A model generated the notes under the pieces. The model was not told the DNA's origin, searched no databases, and saw only the letters and a list, made by a program, of their open reading frames with translations. A DNA stretch of 64,000 nt from Thermoanaerobaculia bacterium (GTDB taxonomy: Bacteria > Acidobacteriota > Thermoanaerobaculia > Multivoradales > SZUA-115), in the NCBI GenBank assembly GCA_044869805.1, contig JBIOXV010000157.1, forward strand, positions 9,752 to 73,751, in the 5' to 3' direction. Position 1 is the first letter of the stretch. Every line of letters starts with the position of its first letter. The translations under genes were made by a program, and so were the position numbers. Positions 37,182 to 45,517 of the stretch are shown piece by piece.

Positions 37182-39440
37182 CTAGAACGTGGTCTGGAAG
37201 ATCACCACCAGCCGTGGCCGGTTGTCGAGCGTGGCGTTATCACCCGAGTAGCAGCCCACGTAGTCGGTAGAGAGGTCGTCGTCGTCGTCGCGCTGGAAGC
37301 GCAGGCGAAATTGCGTGAGGCCGGTCTTGTTGATGGCGGACTGGCCGGCCTGGGAGAGGTTGCCGGCCCACCAGGTCTGGCCTCCGCCGGTGAGCCTGAG
37401 CAGGGTCGTGGCGCTTGCCACCGTGGGGGTGGCGTTCCAGTCGGCGAGCTCCAGGTCCGGGTTCGGACCGAAGAAACCGCTTCGTTGGTCCGCGACCATC
37501 TGTTGCAAGGAGAGGTGCGGCCCACCCAGGGTGATCCCCACACGGCACTGAAGCTGGACGCCGCGGATCGGCGCGAAGTCGGGGATGGAGCTGGTGTCGA
37601 AGGAGAGGAAGCCCCGGAACTGATTGTCCAGGTTGTCGTCCCCGATGCGGATCGCACTGGTGCCGCTGTTGCCGGTGTTGAAGGTGCCTCCGGTGTCGCT
37701 GTCCTCGGACGACTCGACGATCCGGCCGTCGAGCGCCGCGGTGGAGTGGAAGGTCCTCACCTGCCAGGTGCCGATTCCGAGCTGCGCCGCGCCGTAGACC
37801 TGCGGCGAGTCGGAGGAGCCGCCGGCCTCGTTGCGGTTGTCGGTGAAGGTGGCGATCATCTGCGAGCCCACCACGTCGAGCCCGTTGTAGTCACCCCACT
37901 CGATGGACCCCTCGATGGGCGGCGAGAGCTGAGAGGAGAGCTGCCCGGGCAGCAACCAGGTGGCGCCGCCGTCGATCGACAGGGTGTAGAAGAGGTCGAC
38001 GCTCTTCCTGTCCGCGGAGCGGCGGGTGTCGTAGAAAATCGCGTGTACCGTGCCGTTCTGATCGGCCGAGATCCACGGGTGGAAGCGGTCCACGGTGGTG
38101 ACGTCGTTCAGCTCGTGGGGGATCGCGAAGCTCCAGGTCAGCCCTCCGTTGCGTGAGAAGGCCACCCTGACGAGCGAGTGATTGGAGCCGGCCGAAGAGC
38201 TCTCGGTCGAGTTGGTGTCGTTCCAGGTCAGGTAGACGGTGTTGGAGAACGGGCCGGTCGAAAGGTCGACGTCCGCGCTGGCGTAGATGAAGGCCTGGCG
38301 CGAGTCCATCGCCGGGATCGGGTAGATGAAGCTGGCGTTGGTCGTGGAGACGCTCTGCACCGGCCCGAAGGTCGCGCCGCCGTCGGTCGACTTGCGCAGC
38401 AGGATGCGCTTGCTCGAGTACGCGGGCCAGACGTAGTAGACGTTGCCGGCGCGGTCGGTGGTGATGTCGCTGCCGATCCCCTGCTCGGCGGTGCCGGAAG
38501 AGAGCGCCTGGGGCGCGCTCCAAGTGTTGCCGAAGTCGGTGGAGCGGGAGATCTTCAGCACGTTGTCGTCGTGCCAGGTCATGTAGAGGTTGTCGCGGTG
38601 GGGCGAGACGGGTGATTTGTCGACGTGCAGGTACTCCTTGTCGGAGTGGCCGCCCACCGAGACCCGGCGGCGGACGCTGCCGGGGAGGTCGCTCCAGGTG
38701 GCGCCTCCGTCGGCCGAGCGGTAGACCACCACGTCGCACAGCTCTCCCGTGCAGGCGAGCGCTCCCGCGTAGGCCTTGGAGCCGTCCGAGGACCAATCGA
38801 CCGTGGGGTCGCAGCAGATGTCGTCCATCCCCAGGTGAGTGGAAGGCGTCCAGGTGCCGCCGCCGTCGCTGGAGCGGAAGAGCCACTGGAAGCTCCCCGA
38901 GGTCGGGTTCGAGCCGGCGATGGCGCGGCTCTGATCGAGGGGATGGATTTTCACCGCCGACTCCTCGGCCAGGTTGGGCGTGATCCTCACGTCGCCGGCA
39001 AGCGCCTTGGCCTGCCATTGCTCTTCCTCGATCCCATCCTGCTCGACCACCCGGTAGCGCCCGTCCTCGCGCTCGACTCCGCGGTAGAGCTTGCCGTCGA
39101 TCAGGTACCCACCCCATTGCCGCAGGAAGAGCGGCAACGCCGAGTGCGGGTACTGCATCGGGCCGCTCTTGGGCAGCTCGGGGCGGGCCCTGCGCATCAG
39201 TACGCGGAAGAAGACCGGAAGCGCGCCCGTGTACTCGTTCTCGGCGGGTGACAGGAGGGCGAGGTCTTCCCGGGTGAGCAGATAGTTGCGGTCGTCCCAG
39301 GGGCTGATCCGGGCCAGCGACGCATAGTCCACCCGCGGATCGACTCCGCGCCTGGGGTCGACGGGGGCAGCCTGAGTGGCGGCAGACAGGGAGCCGAGGC
39401 CGGCGGCCAGCGCGAGACACAGCAGGAGCCTGCGAAGCAT
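37182..39440 (-). CDS. secreted BNR/Asp-box beta-propeller protein, paralog 2
   Basis: Same architecture as its neighbours (SPWDDRNY; SSDGGGTW, SADGGATW, STDFGNTW, STDGGATF, SRNGGLTW, SIDGGATW). It ends in RPRLVVIFQTTF. 15-nt spacer to the next gene. Confidence 0.8.
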   Translation of the reverse strand: MLRRLLLCLALAAGLGSLSAATQAAPVDPRRGVDPRVDYASLARISPWDDRNYLLTREDLALLSPAENEYTGALPVFFRVLMRRARPELPKSGPMQYPHSALPLFLRQWGGYLIDGKLYRGVEREDGRYRVVEQDGIEEEQWQAKALAGDVRITPNLAEESAVKIHPLDQSRAIAGSNPTSGSFQWLFRSSDGGGTWTPSTHLGMDDICCDPTVDWSSDGSKAYAGALACTGELCDVVVYRSADGGATWSDLPGSVRRRVSVGGHSDKEYLHVDKSPVSPHRDNLYMTWHDDNVLKISRSTDFGNTWSAPQALSSGTAEQGIGSDITTDRAGNVYYVWPAYSSKRILLRKSTDGGATFGPVQSVSTTNASFIYPIPAMDSRQAFIYASADVDLSTGPFSNTVYLTWNDTNSTESSSAGSNHSLVRVAFSRNGGLTWSFAIPHELNDVTTVDRFHPWISADQNGTVHAIFYDTRRSADRKSVDLFYTLSIDGGATWLLPGQLSSQLSPPIEGSIEWGDYNGLDVVGSQMIATFTDNRNEAGGSSDSPQVYGAAQLGIGTWQVRTFHSTAALDGRIVESSEDSDTGGTFNTGNSGTSAIRIGDDNLDNQFRGFLSFDTSSIPDFAPIRGVQLQCRVGITLGGPHLSLQQMVADQRSGFFGPNPDLELADWNATPTVASATTLLRLTGGGQTWWAGNLSQAGQSAINKTGLTQFRLRFQRDDDDDLSTDYVGCYSGDNATLDNRPRLVVIFQTTF

Positions 39441-39472
39441 GTTCGCCTCCAGAGAGAAAGGGTTGTCGGTGG

Positions 39473-41755
39473 TCAGAAGGTCTGCTGGTAGACGACCACC
39501 AGCCGCGGCCTGCTGACCGCGGTGGTGGCATCGCCGGAGAAGAAACCCAGGAAGTCGGGCGTGAGGTTGTCGTCGTCGTCGCGGAAGTAGCGCAGCCGGA
39601 ACTGCGTCAGGCCGGTGCGGTTGATCGCGGACAGCCCGGCGCTGCCGAGCTTGCCCGTGCGCCAGGAGAGCGTCGAAGAGCCCACCCGATAGAGCGGCGC
39701 CGCGTTGAGCACCGTCTGGGGGGCCGAGAAGTCCTCGAGCTCGAGCCCCGAAGAGCTGCCGAAGAAACCGCTGCGCTGGTCGACGTAGAGCGTGCTCAGG
39801 CTGAGCGTGGGGCCGCCGACCACGCTTCCCGTGGCGAGCTGCACGGAAGCCGCGATGATCGGCGCGAAGTCAGGGATCGAGCTGGTGTCGAAGGAGAGGA
39901 TGCTGCGCCACTGGCGGTCCAGGGCGTCGTCCCCGGCGCGCAGCGCCTGCGCGCCGCTGTCGCCCGCCGCGAGGCTGCCGGCCACGCTGCTGATCTCCGA
40001 GGATTCGAGCAGGTAGCCGTCGTGGGCCGCGATCGAGGTGAAGGTCGCGACCCGCCACGAGCCGATGCCGAGCGGGGCCGCGGCGTAGACGTCCACGGAG
40101 TCTCCGCTCTCGTGGATCTCGCTGCGGTTGTCGGTGAAGGTGGCGATCGCCTGTGAGCCCACCACGTCGAGGCCGTTGTAGTCGCCGAGCTGGAAGAAGT
40201 GCTCGATGTGAGGAGACTGCTCGGCATTGAGCCGCGACGGCAGGAGCCAGGTGTTCCCGCCATCGATCGACATCGTGTAGTACAGGTCCACGCTCTTCCT
40301 GTCCGCCGAGCGGCTGGAGTCGTAGAAGGCCAGGTGTACGGTGCCGTTGCCGTCCACGGCGATCCAGGGATGGAAGCGATCGACGGTCGCGGCGTCGCTC
40401 GTGGGATGAGGGGTGCGCACGCTCCAGGTACTTCCACCGTCGCGCGAGAAGGCCACCTGGATGCGGGCGTGATTGGCGCCCGGGTTGGTGCCGGTGGGGG
40501 CGGTGGAGTCCGTCCAGGCGGCGTACAGGGTGTCCGCGAAGGGGCCGTCGGTGAGGTCCGCCTCGCTCGACACGTAGAGGAAGGCGTGGCGCGCCTCCAT
40601 GGCGGGGATGGGGAAGTCGAAGGCGCCCTGGGTGGAGGCGACCTGGCGCACGGGCGCGAAGCTCGCGCCGCCGTCGCTGGAGCGGCGCGACAGGATGGAC
40701 TTGCCGGCGAAGGTGGGCCACAGGTAGTAGACGTTTCCGGCGCGGTCGGTCACCACATCCGAGCCGATCCCCAGCTCGCTCGACCCGGACGAGATGGAAA
40801 TCGGCCGGCTCCAGGTGTTGCCGAAGTCGGTCGAGCGGGAGAGCTGGAGGACGTTGACCTCGTGCCAGGTGAGGTAGAGGTTGTTGCGGAAGGGAGACGC
40901 GTTGGCCTTGTCGACATGGAGCATCGGCTTGTCCGCCTGCGACTGGAAGCTGATCTCGCGGCGCGTGTCCCCGGGAGTGTCGTCCCCGAGGTCGGTCCAA
41001 CTGATGCCGCCGTTGTCAGAGCGGTAGAACCAGATGTCGCAGACCCCCGGCACCCCGCAGGCGAGTGCCGTCGCATAGGCCTTGGCGCCGTCCAAGGAGA
41101 ACTCCACCGAGGGGTCGCAGCACACGCCGTCGGTGCCGGTGGGGAAGGAATCGAACCAGTTCGAGCCGCCGTCGGTCGAGAAGCGCAGCCAGCGCCGGCC
41201 GAAGCCCGGGTTGGTGCCGGAGACCGCCTTGGTGGGGTCGAGCGGGTGAATCTTGACGGTGGACTCCGCGGTCGGCACCTCGTAGGTCATCCGCACGTCG
41301 CCGCCCAGCGCCTTCTCCTGCCAGACCTCGTCCGGCACGCCCGCTTCCTCGATCACCCGGTAACGGCCGCTCTCGCGGGTGACCTCCCGGTAGAGCTTGC
41401 CGTCGATCAGGTAGCCGCCGTAGAAGCGGTGGAACTGCTCGATGGCCGACTTCGGGTAGCGCCCGGCCGCGGCGGCGCGCTGCGCGGGATGGGCCCGGCG
41501 CAGGACGACCCGGAAGAAGGCCGGGATGGCGCCGCCGGCATCCCCTTCGCCGGCCGGCAGCAGGGCGAGGTCCTCCAGGGTCAAGCGATAGTTGCGATCG
41601 TCCCAGGGACCGAGCTCGGTGAGCGCTCGGTAGTCGACGCGAGCGTCAGTCCCTTTCGCGGGGTCGATGGCGGCTGCCGACGCGCCGTCGAGCGTTGCGA
41701 GCCCGAGCGCGGCGCACAGCAGGGCGCGGCAACAGCTCAACTCGAATCGATCCAT
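39473..41755 (-). CDS. secreted BNR/Asp-box beta-propeller protein, paralog 1
   Basis: Same architecture (GPWDDRNY; STDGGSNW, SDNGGISW, STDFGNTW, SSDGGASF, SRDGGSTW, SIDGGNTW). It ends in RPRLVVVYQQTF. AGGAAAGGAG RBS. Confidence 0.8.
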   Translation of the reverse strand: MDRFELSCCRALLCAALGLATLDGASAAAIDPAKGTDARVDYRALTELGPWDDRNYRLTLEDLALLPAGEGDAGGAIPAFFRVVLRRAHPAQRAAAAGRYPKSAIEQFHRFYGGYLIDGKLYREVTRESGRYRVIEEAGVPDEVWQEKALGGDVRMTYEVPTAESTVKIHPLDPTKAVSGTNPGFGRRWLRFSTDGGSNWFDSFPTGTDGVCCDPSVEFSLDGAKAYATALACGVPGVCDIWFYRSDNGGISWTDLGDDTPGDTRREISFQSQADKPMLHVDKANASPFRNNLYLTWHEVNVLQLSRSTDFGNTWSRPISISSGSSELGIGSDVVTDRAGNVYYLWPTFAGKSILSRRSSDGGASFAPVRQVASTQGAFDFPIPAMEARHAFLYVSSEADLTDGPFADTLYAAWTDSTAPTGTNPGANHARIQVAFSRDGGSTWSVRTPHPTSDAATVDRFHPWIAVDGNGTVHLAFYDSSRSADRKSVDLYYTMSIDGGNTWLLPSRLNAEQSPHIEHFFQLGDYNGLDVVGSQAIATFTDNRSEIHESGDSVDVYAAAPLGIGSWRVATFTSIAAHDGYLLESSEISSVAGSLAAGDSGAQALRAGDDALDRQWRSILSFDTSSIPDFAPIIAASVQLATGSVVGGPTLSLSTLYVDQRSGFFGSSSGLELEDFSAPQTVLNAAPLYRVGSSTLSWRTGKLGSAGLSAINRTGLTQFRLRYFRDDDDNLTPDFLGFFSGDATTAVSRPRLVVVYQQTF

Positions 41756-41922
41756 GGTGGGCTCCTTTCCTCGCAGGGTTAACGGCCTGGCGGCGGCAAA
41801 ACCGCCACCACGCGAGGACCGAGCCGAGGAGGGGAGCGCGGGCCGCGCTCAGTGGGCTTTGGATGGGACGAGCTTCGACTCGATCTCGGCGCTGAGGTCG
41901 GAGTTCTCGAGGAGACGATCCG

Positions 41923-42513
41923 TCAAGGCTGCATCTCCTCCGCCAACCAGGCCCTGGCCCGCATCCACAGCCGCTGGGCGGTGCGCAGCGAGAGGCCGAG
42001 GGCCGCGGCCGTCTCCTCCTCGCTGTATCCGCCGAATACCCGGCACTCGACTACGCGGACCAGCCGGGGGTCGAGCTCGGATAGACGGGAAAGCGCGTCC
42101 TCGACCGCCAGCACCTGCTCGATTTCCGCGTCGATCGCCGGCGGGTCACCGGGGTGGGGCGGCGCCGCCTGGTCGCCGCCGCGCTTGCTCGCGCCGCGGC
42201 GGCGGGCGTAGTCGACCAGGATCTGGCGCATCGCCCGGGCGCTGACCGCGAAGAAGTGGCCGCGGTCGGCGTAGTGCCCAGCGTGGTCGGCGAGCTTCAG
42301 ATAGGCCTCGTGGACGAGCGCCGTGGTGTCGAGGGTCTCGCCGGGCCGGATGCGGCCGAGCTGGCCGTGGGCGATGCGCCGGAGGTCCGCGTAGAAGTGA
42401 GGCATCAGGCGATCGAATGCCTCGCGATCGCCCTCGGCCGCGACGCGCAGCAGCTCTGCGATCTCGCCCCGATCGAGCGAGCCGGCAGCCGGAGATGGTG
42501 GATCGGCGGGCAT
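41923..42513 (-). CDS. ECF sigma factor, TIGR02999-like subfamily
   Basis: N-terminal EIAELLRVAAEGDREAFDRLMPHFYADLRRIA. HEAYLKL. Region 4 LSEEETAAALGLSLRTAQRLWMRARAWL. Confidence 0.8.
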   Translation of the reverse strand: MPADPPSPAAGSLDRGEIAELLRVAAEGDREAFDRLMPHFYADLRRIAHGQLGRIRPGETLDTTALVHEAYLKLADHAGHYADRGHFFAVSARAMRQILVDYARRRGASKRGGDQAAPPHPGDPPAIDAEIEQVLAVEDALSRLSELDPRLVRVVECRVFGGYSEEETAAALGLSLRTAQRLWMRARAWLAEEMQP

Positions 42514-42752
42514 CTGGGCTCCTCCGAACGCGAGCTGAGGCCTCTCGCGACGCGCATGCTACCCGCGAGCGGCCCCCGGCGCTCGCGCCGCGGAGCTCTC
42601 TCGGAGCGATTCGTGCAGCGCCTCGCGGAGCTCATGAGCGCCTTTTCGATCGCGTCCGAGAGCGCGCCTGCCTTGTTGGGGGTGTACCTTCCTGCTACAG
42701 TCCAGCCCGAATCGTGCTCGGCGTTGCGACGAAGCCCGGAGGAGGGGCGCTC

Positions 42753-44258
42753 ATGGTGCGGCGTGGCCGTCTCGTGGTTACCGCCACCCTGCTGGCCGCC
42801 GTGGTGGCGCTCTCGGCCGCCGCGGTCGACGACCCCGCCACCCACCGCCGGCGCAACCGGCCGGTCAACGAGTGGCAGATCAAGGACCCGGTCAACCCCG
42901 ACATCCCGCCGGCGCGCGCCGCGCTCGACACCGCGAGCTATGACGGCACCAACGCCGGCGGCCCGACCTGGGACCGCCCGATCGGCTGCGGGCCGGCGAT
43001 CTCCGGCCTCGGCCCGGTGCGCTACCACGTGGAGCTGATCACCGTCGACACCTCCGGCGCCTACGACATCGGGAGCGTCCAGGACCACGACGGCTACCTC
43101 CATCTCTACGCCGAGGCCTTCGAGCCCGGCCCGCCTCACCAGACCACGCACTGCATCGCCGGCAACGACGACAGCCCTGACGGCATCGGCACCTCGGAGC
43201 TCCGCGGCGTTCCACTCACCGCCGGCAGCGCCTACTTCCTGGTCACCAGCGGCTTCTCGGCCGACCAGGACGGCAGCTTCACCAACACGCTGAGCGGGCC
43301 CGGCATTATCACCATCGGCGATCGCGGCCCCGACCTCGCGGTCACGGTCACCGCCAACGCCGCCAGCGCCGCCGCCGGCGATACCTTCCTGTACTCGATC
43401 GAGGTGACCAACGAGGGCCCCGGCGAAGCCGCGACTGTCGAGGTGGCGGCGACCTTGAGCTCGAACCTGACGCTCGACGGTTCGAGCTGCGGGCCCTTGC
43501 CGTGGACCATCCGCCAGCTCGGCGAGGGCAGCTCGGTCACCTGCACTGTGGCGGTGACCCTCCATGACTGCGGCCCGGCCTCGCTGACCGCCGACGCGGG
43601 CAGCACCGATCCCGACGACCCGGCGGACAACCGCGCCACGGCGACCATCAACCCCAACGCCGTGGCCGACCCGGGCTTCGAGGCGGGCACTCCCAGCACC
43701 GCCTCCCAGGAGGCGTCGACGCACTTCCGCACGCCGCTGTGCACCGAGGAGGTCTGCGGCACGGGCACCGGCAGCGGCCCCGCTTCGGGACACTGGTGGG
43801 CGTGGTTCGGCGGCACTCCGGAACGCGAGGAGGGCTCGCTGGCGCAGTCGGTCACCATCCCCGCGGGCGACCAGGCGTTCTTGCAGTTCGAGCTCGAGAC
43901 CTTGGTGTGCAGCGGCAGCGCCGCGGACTTCTTCGAGGTCACGGTCGACGGCAACCGCGAGTTCTACGTCGACGCCACCGACGCGAGCTGCGGGGTGCGC
44001 GGCTACCGCTCGCACACCATCAACCTCACCCCGTACGCCGACGGCGCGGCGCACACCCTCAGGCTCCACGCGCTGACCGAGAGCGGCCGGACCACGAACT
44101 TCTTCGTCGACGACGTTGCGCTGTTCGCCTGCCGGGGCGTGATCGCACCGCAGGCGCCGGCGATCCCGACGCTCGACGCCCTGGGCCTGGCCTTGCTGGC
44201 CCTCGCGCTCGCCGGCGGCGCGCTCGCCCTGCTGCACCGCCGGCGCTCGGCCGGGTGA
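42753..44258 (+). CDS. secreted DUF11-repeat protein with IPTL-CTERM-like sorting tail
   Basis: GGAGGAGGGG RBS and signal peptide. DUF11-type repeat (DLAVTVTAN..GDTFLYSIEVTNEGPGEA). The C-terminus AIPTLDALGLALLALALAGGALALLHRRRSAG is an IPTL motif, a TM helix and a basic tail. Confidence 0.7.
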   Translation: MVRRGRLVVTATLLAAVVALSAAAVDDPATHRRRNRPVNEWQIKDPVNPDIPPARAALDTASYDGTNAGGPTWDRPIGCGPAISGLGPVRYHVELITVDTSGAYDIGSVQDHDGYLHLYAEAFEPGPPHQTTHCIAGNDDSPDGIGTSELRGVPLTAGSAYFLVTSGFSADQDGSFTNTLSGPGIITIGDRGPDLAVTVTANAASAAAGDTFLYSIEVTNEGPGEAATVEVAATLSSNLTLDGSSCGPLPWTIRQLGEGSSVTCTVAVTLHDCGPASLTADAGSTDPDDPADNRATATINPNAVADPGFEAGTPSTASQEASTHFRTPLCTEEVCGTGTGSGPASGHWWAWFGGTPEREEGSLAQSVTIPAGDQAFLQFELETLVCSGSAADFFEVTVDGNREFYVDATDASCGVRGYRSHTINLTPYADGAAHTLRLHALTESGRTTNFFVDDVALFACRGVIAPQAPAIPTLDALGLALLALALAGGALALLHRRRSAG

Positions 44259-44304
44259 CGCGGTGGGCGGGCTCGCGAGGCACCACGGGCAGGCACAAGG
44301 CCTT

Positions 44305-44463
44305 GCCCCTACACTGGTAGGGGGTCACCCCGCCATCCGTCCGAACACGTCGACGGAGTCAGGTCTGCCCCTACACCTGTAGGGGCGACGTCGCCGTAGA
44401 CCCACCCGCTTCCCGGGCACAGGGCCTGCCCCTCTATCTGTAGGGGCGACCCTCGTGGTCGCC
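44305..44463. repeat. three REP-like palindromic units at 61-bp spacing in a convergent intergenic region
   Basis: GCCCCTACACTGGTAGGGGG (44305-44324), GCCCCTACACCTGTAGGGGC (44367-44386) and GCCCCTCTATCTGTAGGGGC (44428-44447). Units 2 and 3 are followed by a second GGCGAC..GTCGCC hairpin (44445-44463 for unit 3). Confidence 0.6.
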
Positions 44464-44470
44464 CGGGAGA

Positions 44471-45484
44471 TTACGCTCGGAGCGGGCTCACGGGCTCGGC
44501 CAGCGCCAGCAGCTTCCGCCTCTCGTCCTCGCTGAGGAACGCGGTGGCGAGGGCGTTCTCCTGCAAGCGGCGCAGGTCCTCCTCGCTCAAGCCCAGCTCT
44601 TCCTGCGCCACGCGGTACTCGTGCGCCAGGTCGATGCCGGAGATCGAGGGGTCATCGGTCGACAGCGACACCAGCAGGCCGCGGGCGAGGAAGGCGGGCA
44701 GGGGGTGCTCCTGGTAGCTCGCCACCGTGCTGGTTTGTACGTTGCTCGTGGGGCAGGACTCGATGGCGATGCGGCGTTCGGCCAAGAGGTCGAGGACCGC
44801 GGGGTCTTCGATCGCCCGCACGCCGTGGCCGATGCGCTCGGCGCCGAGCCCGAGCACCGCCTGGCGTACGCTGCCCGCCCCGGCGGCCTCGCCGGCGTGG
44901 GCCACGCGGCGCAGACCGGCCTCCCCGGCGCGGGCGAAGTGCTCGACGAAGAGCTCACCCGGGAAGTTGCCCTCGTCTCCCGCCAGGTCCAGCGCCACCA
45001 CGCCGCGGTCGCGGCAGCGGATCGCGGCCTCGAGCTCGATCTCGGCGGTCTCGGCGCCGAAGGTGCGCGACAGGATGACGATCAGCTTGGCGATGACCGG
45101 GAGGTCGCGGGCCTCGTCCACGGCGTCGCAGATCGCCTCGGTGACGCTCAGCGGGTCGAGGCCGTGGCCCTGGGCCATGAAGTAAGGCGAGAATCGCAGC
45201 TCGATGGCGTCGATGCCCTCGGCCACGGCGTCCTCGAGATTCTCTCGCGCGATGCGCCGCACGGCGTCGTAGTCGACGAGGATGCGCTGCAGCAGGTCGA
45301 ACTTGGCGAGGAAGCCCAGCAGATCGGGCGCGACGGTCATCACCTGCACGTGCGGCCGCAGGGCCTCGGGCTCCCAGGCCGGCAGCTCGAGACGGTGCCG
45401 GCGCGCGAGGTCGAGGACCGTCGCGAGCCGCACGTTGCCGTCGAGGTGGCGGTGCAGCTCCACCAAGGGGTAGCCGTTGCGCAT
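44471..45484 (-). CDS. add: adenosine deaminase
   Basis: LVELHRHLDGNVR, SFG.. and HAGE blocks, and the C-terminal TDDP motif (LSTDDPSISG). Confidence 0.85.
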   Translation of the reverse strand: MRNGYPLVELHRHLDGNVRLATVLDLARRHRLELPAWEPEALRPHVQVMTVAPDLLGFLAKFDLLQRILVDYDAVRRIARENLEDAVAEGIDAIELRFSPYFMAQGHGLDPLSVTEAICDAVDEARDLPVIAKLIVILSRTFGAETAEIELEAAIRCRDRGVVALDLAGDEGNFPGELFVEHFARAGEAGLRRVAHAGEAAGAGSVRQAVLGLGAERIGHGVRAIEDPAVLDLLAERRIAIESCPTSNVQTSTVASYQEHPLPAFLARGLLVSLSTDDPSISGIDLAHEYRVAQEELGLSEEDLRRLQENALATAFLSEDERRKLLALAEPVSPLRA

Positions 45485-45517
45485 TGGGCGCGGAGTGTAT
45501 CGCGGCGCGGGCTCTGC

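Noticed and set aside
44305-44463. Possible mini-CRISPR array (three repeats with regular 61-bp spacing).
   Set aside because: The repeats are only about 20 bp, imperfect and internally palindromic. The 'spacers' are partly similar to each other. There are no cas genes in the window. A REP/BIME-like element fits better.
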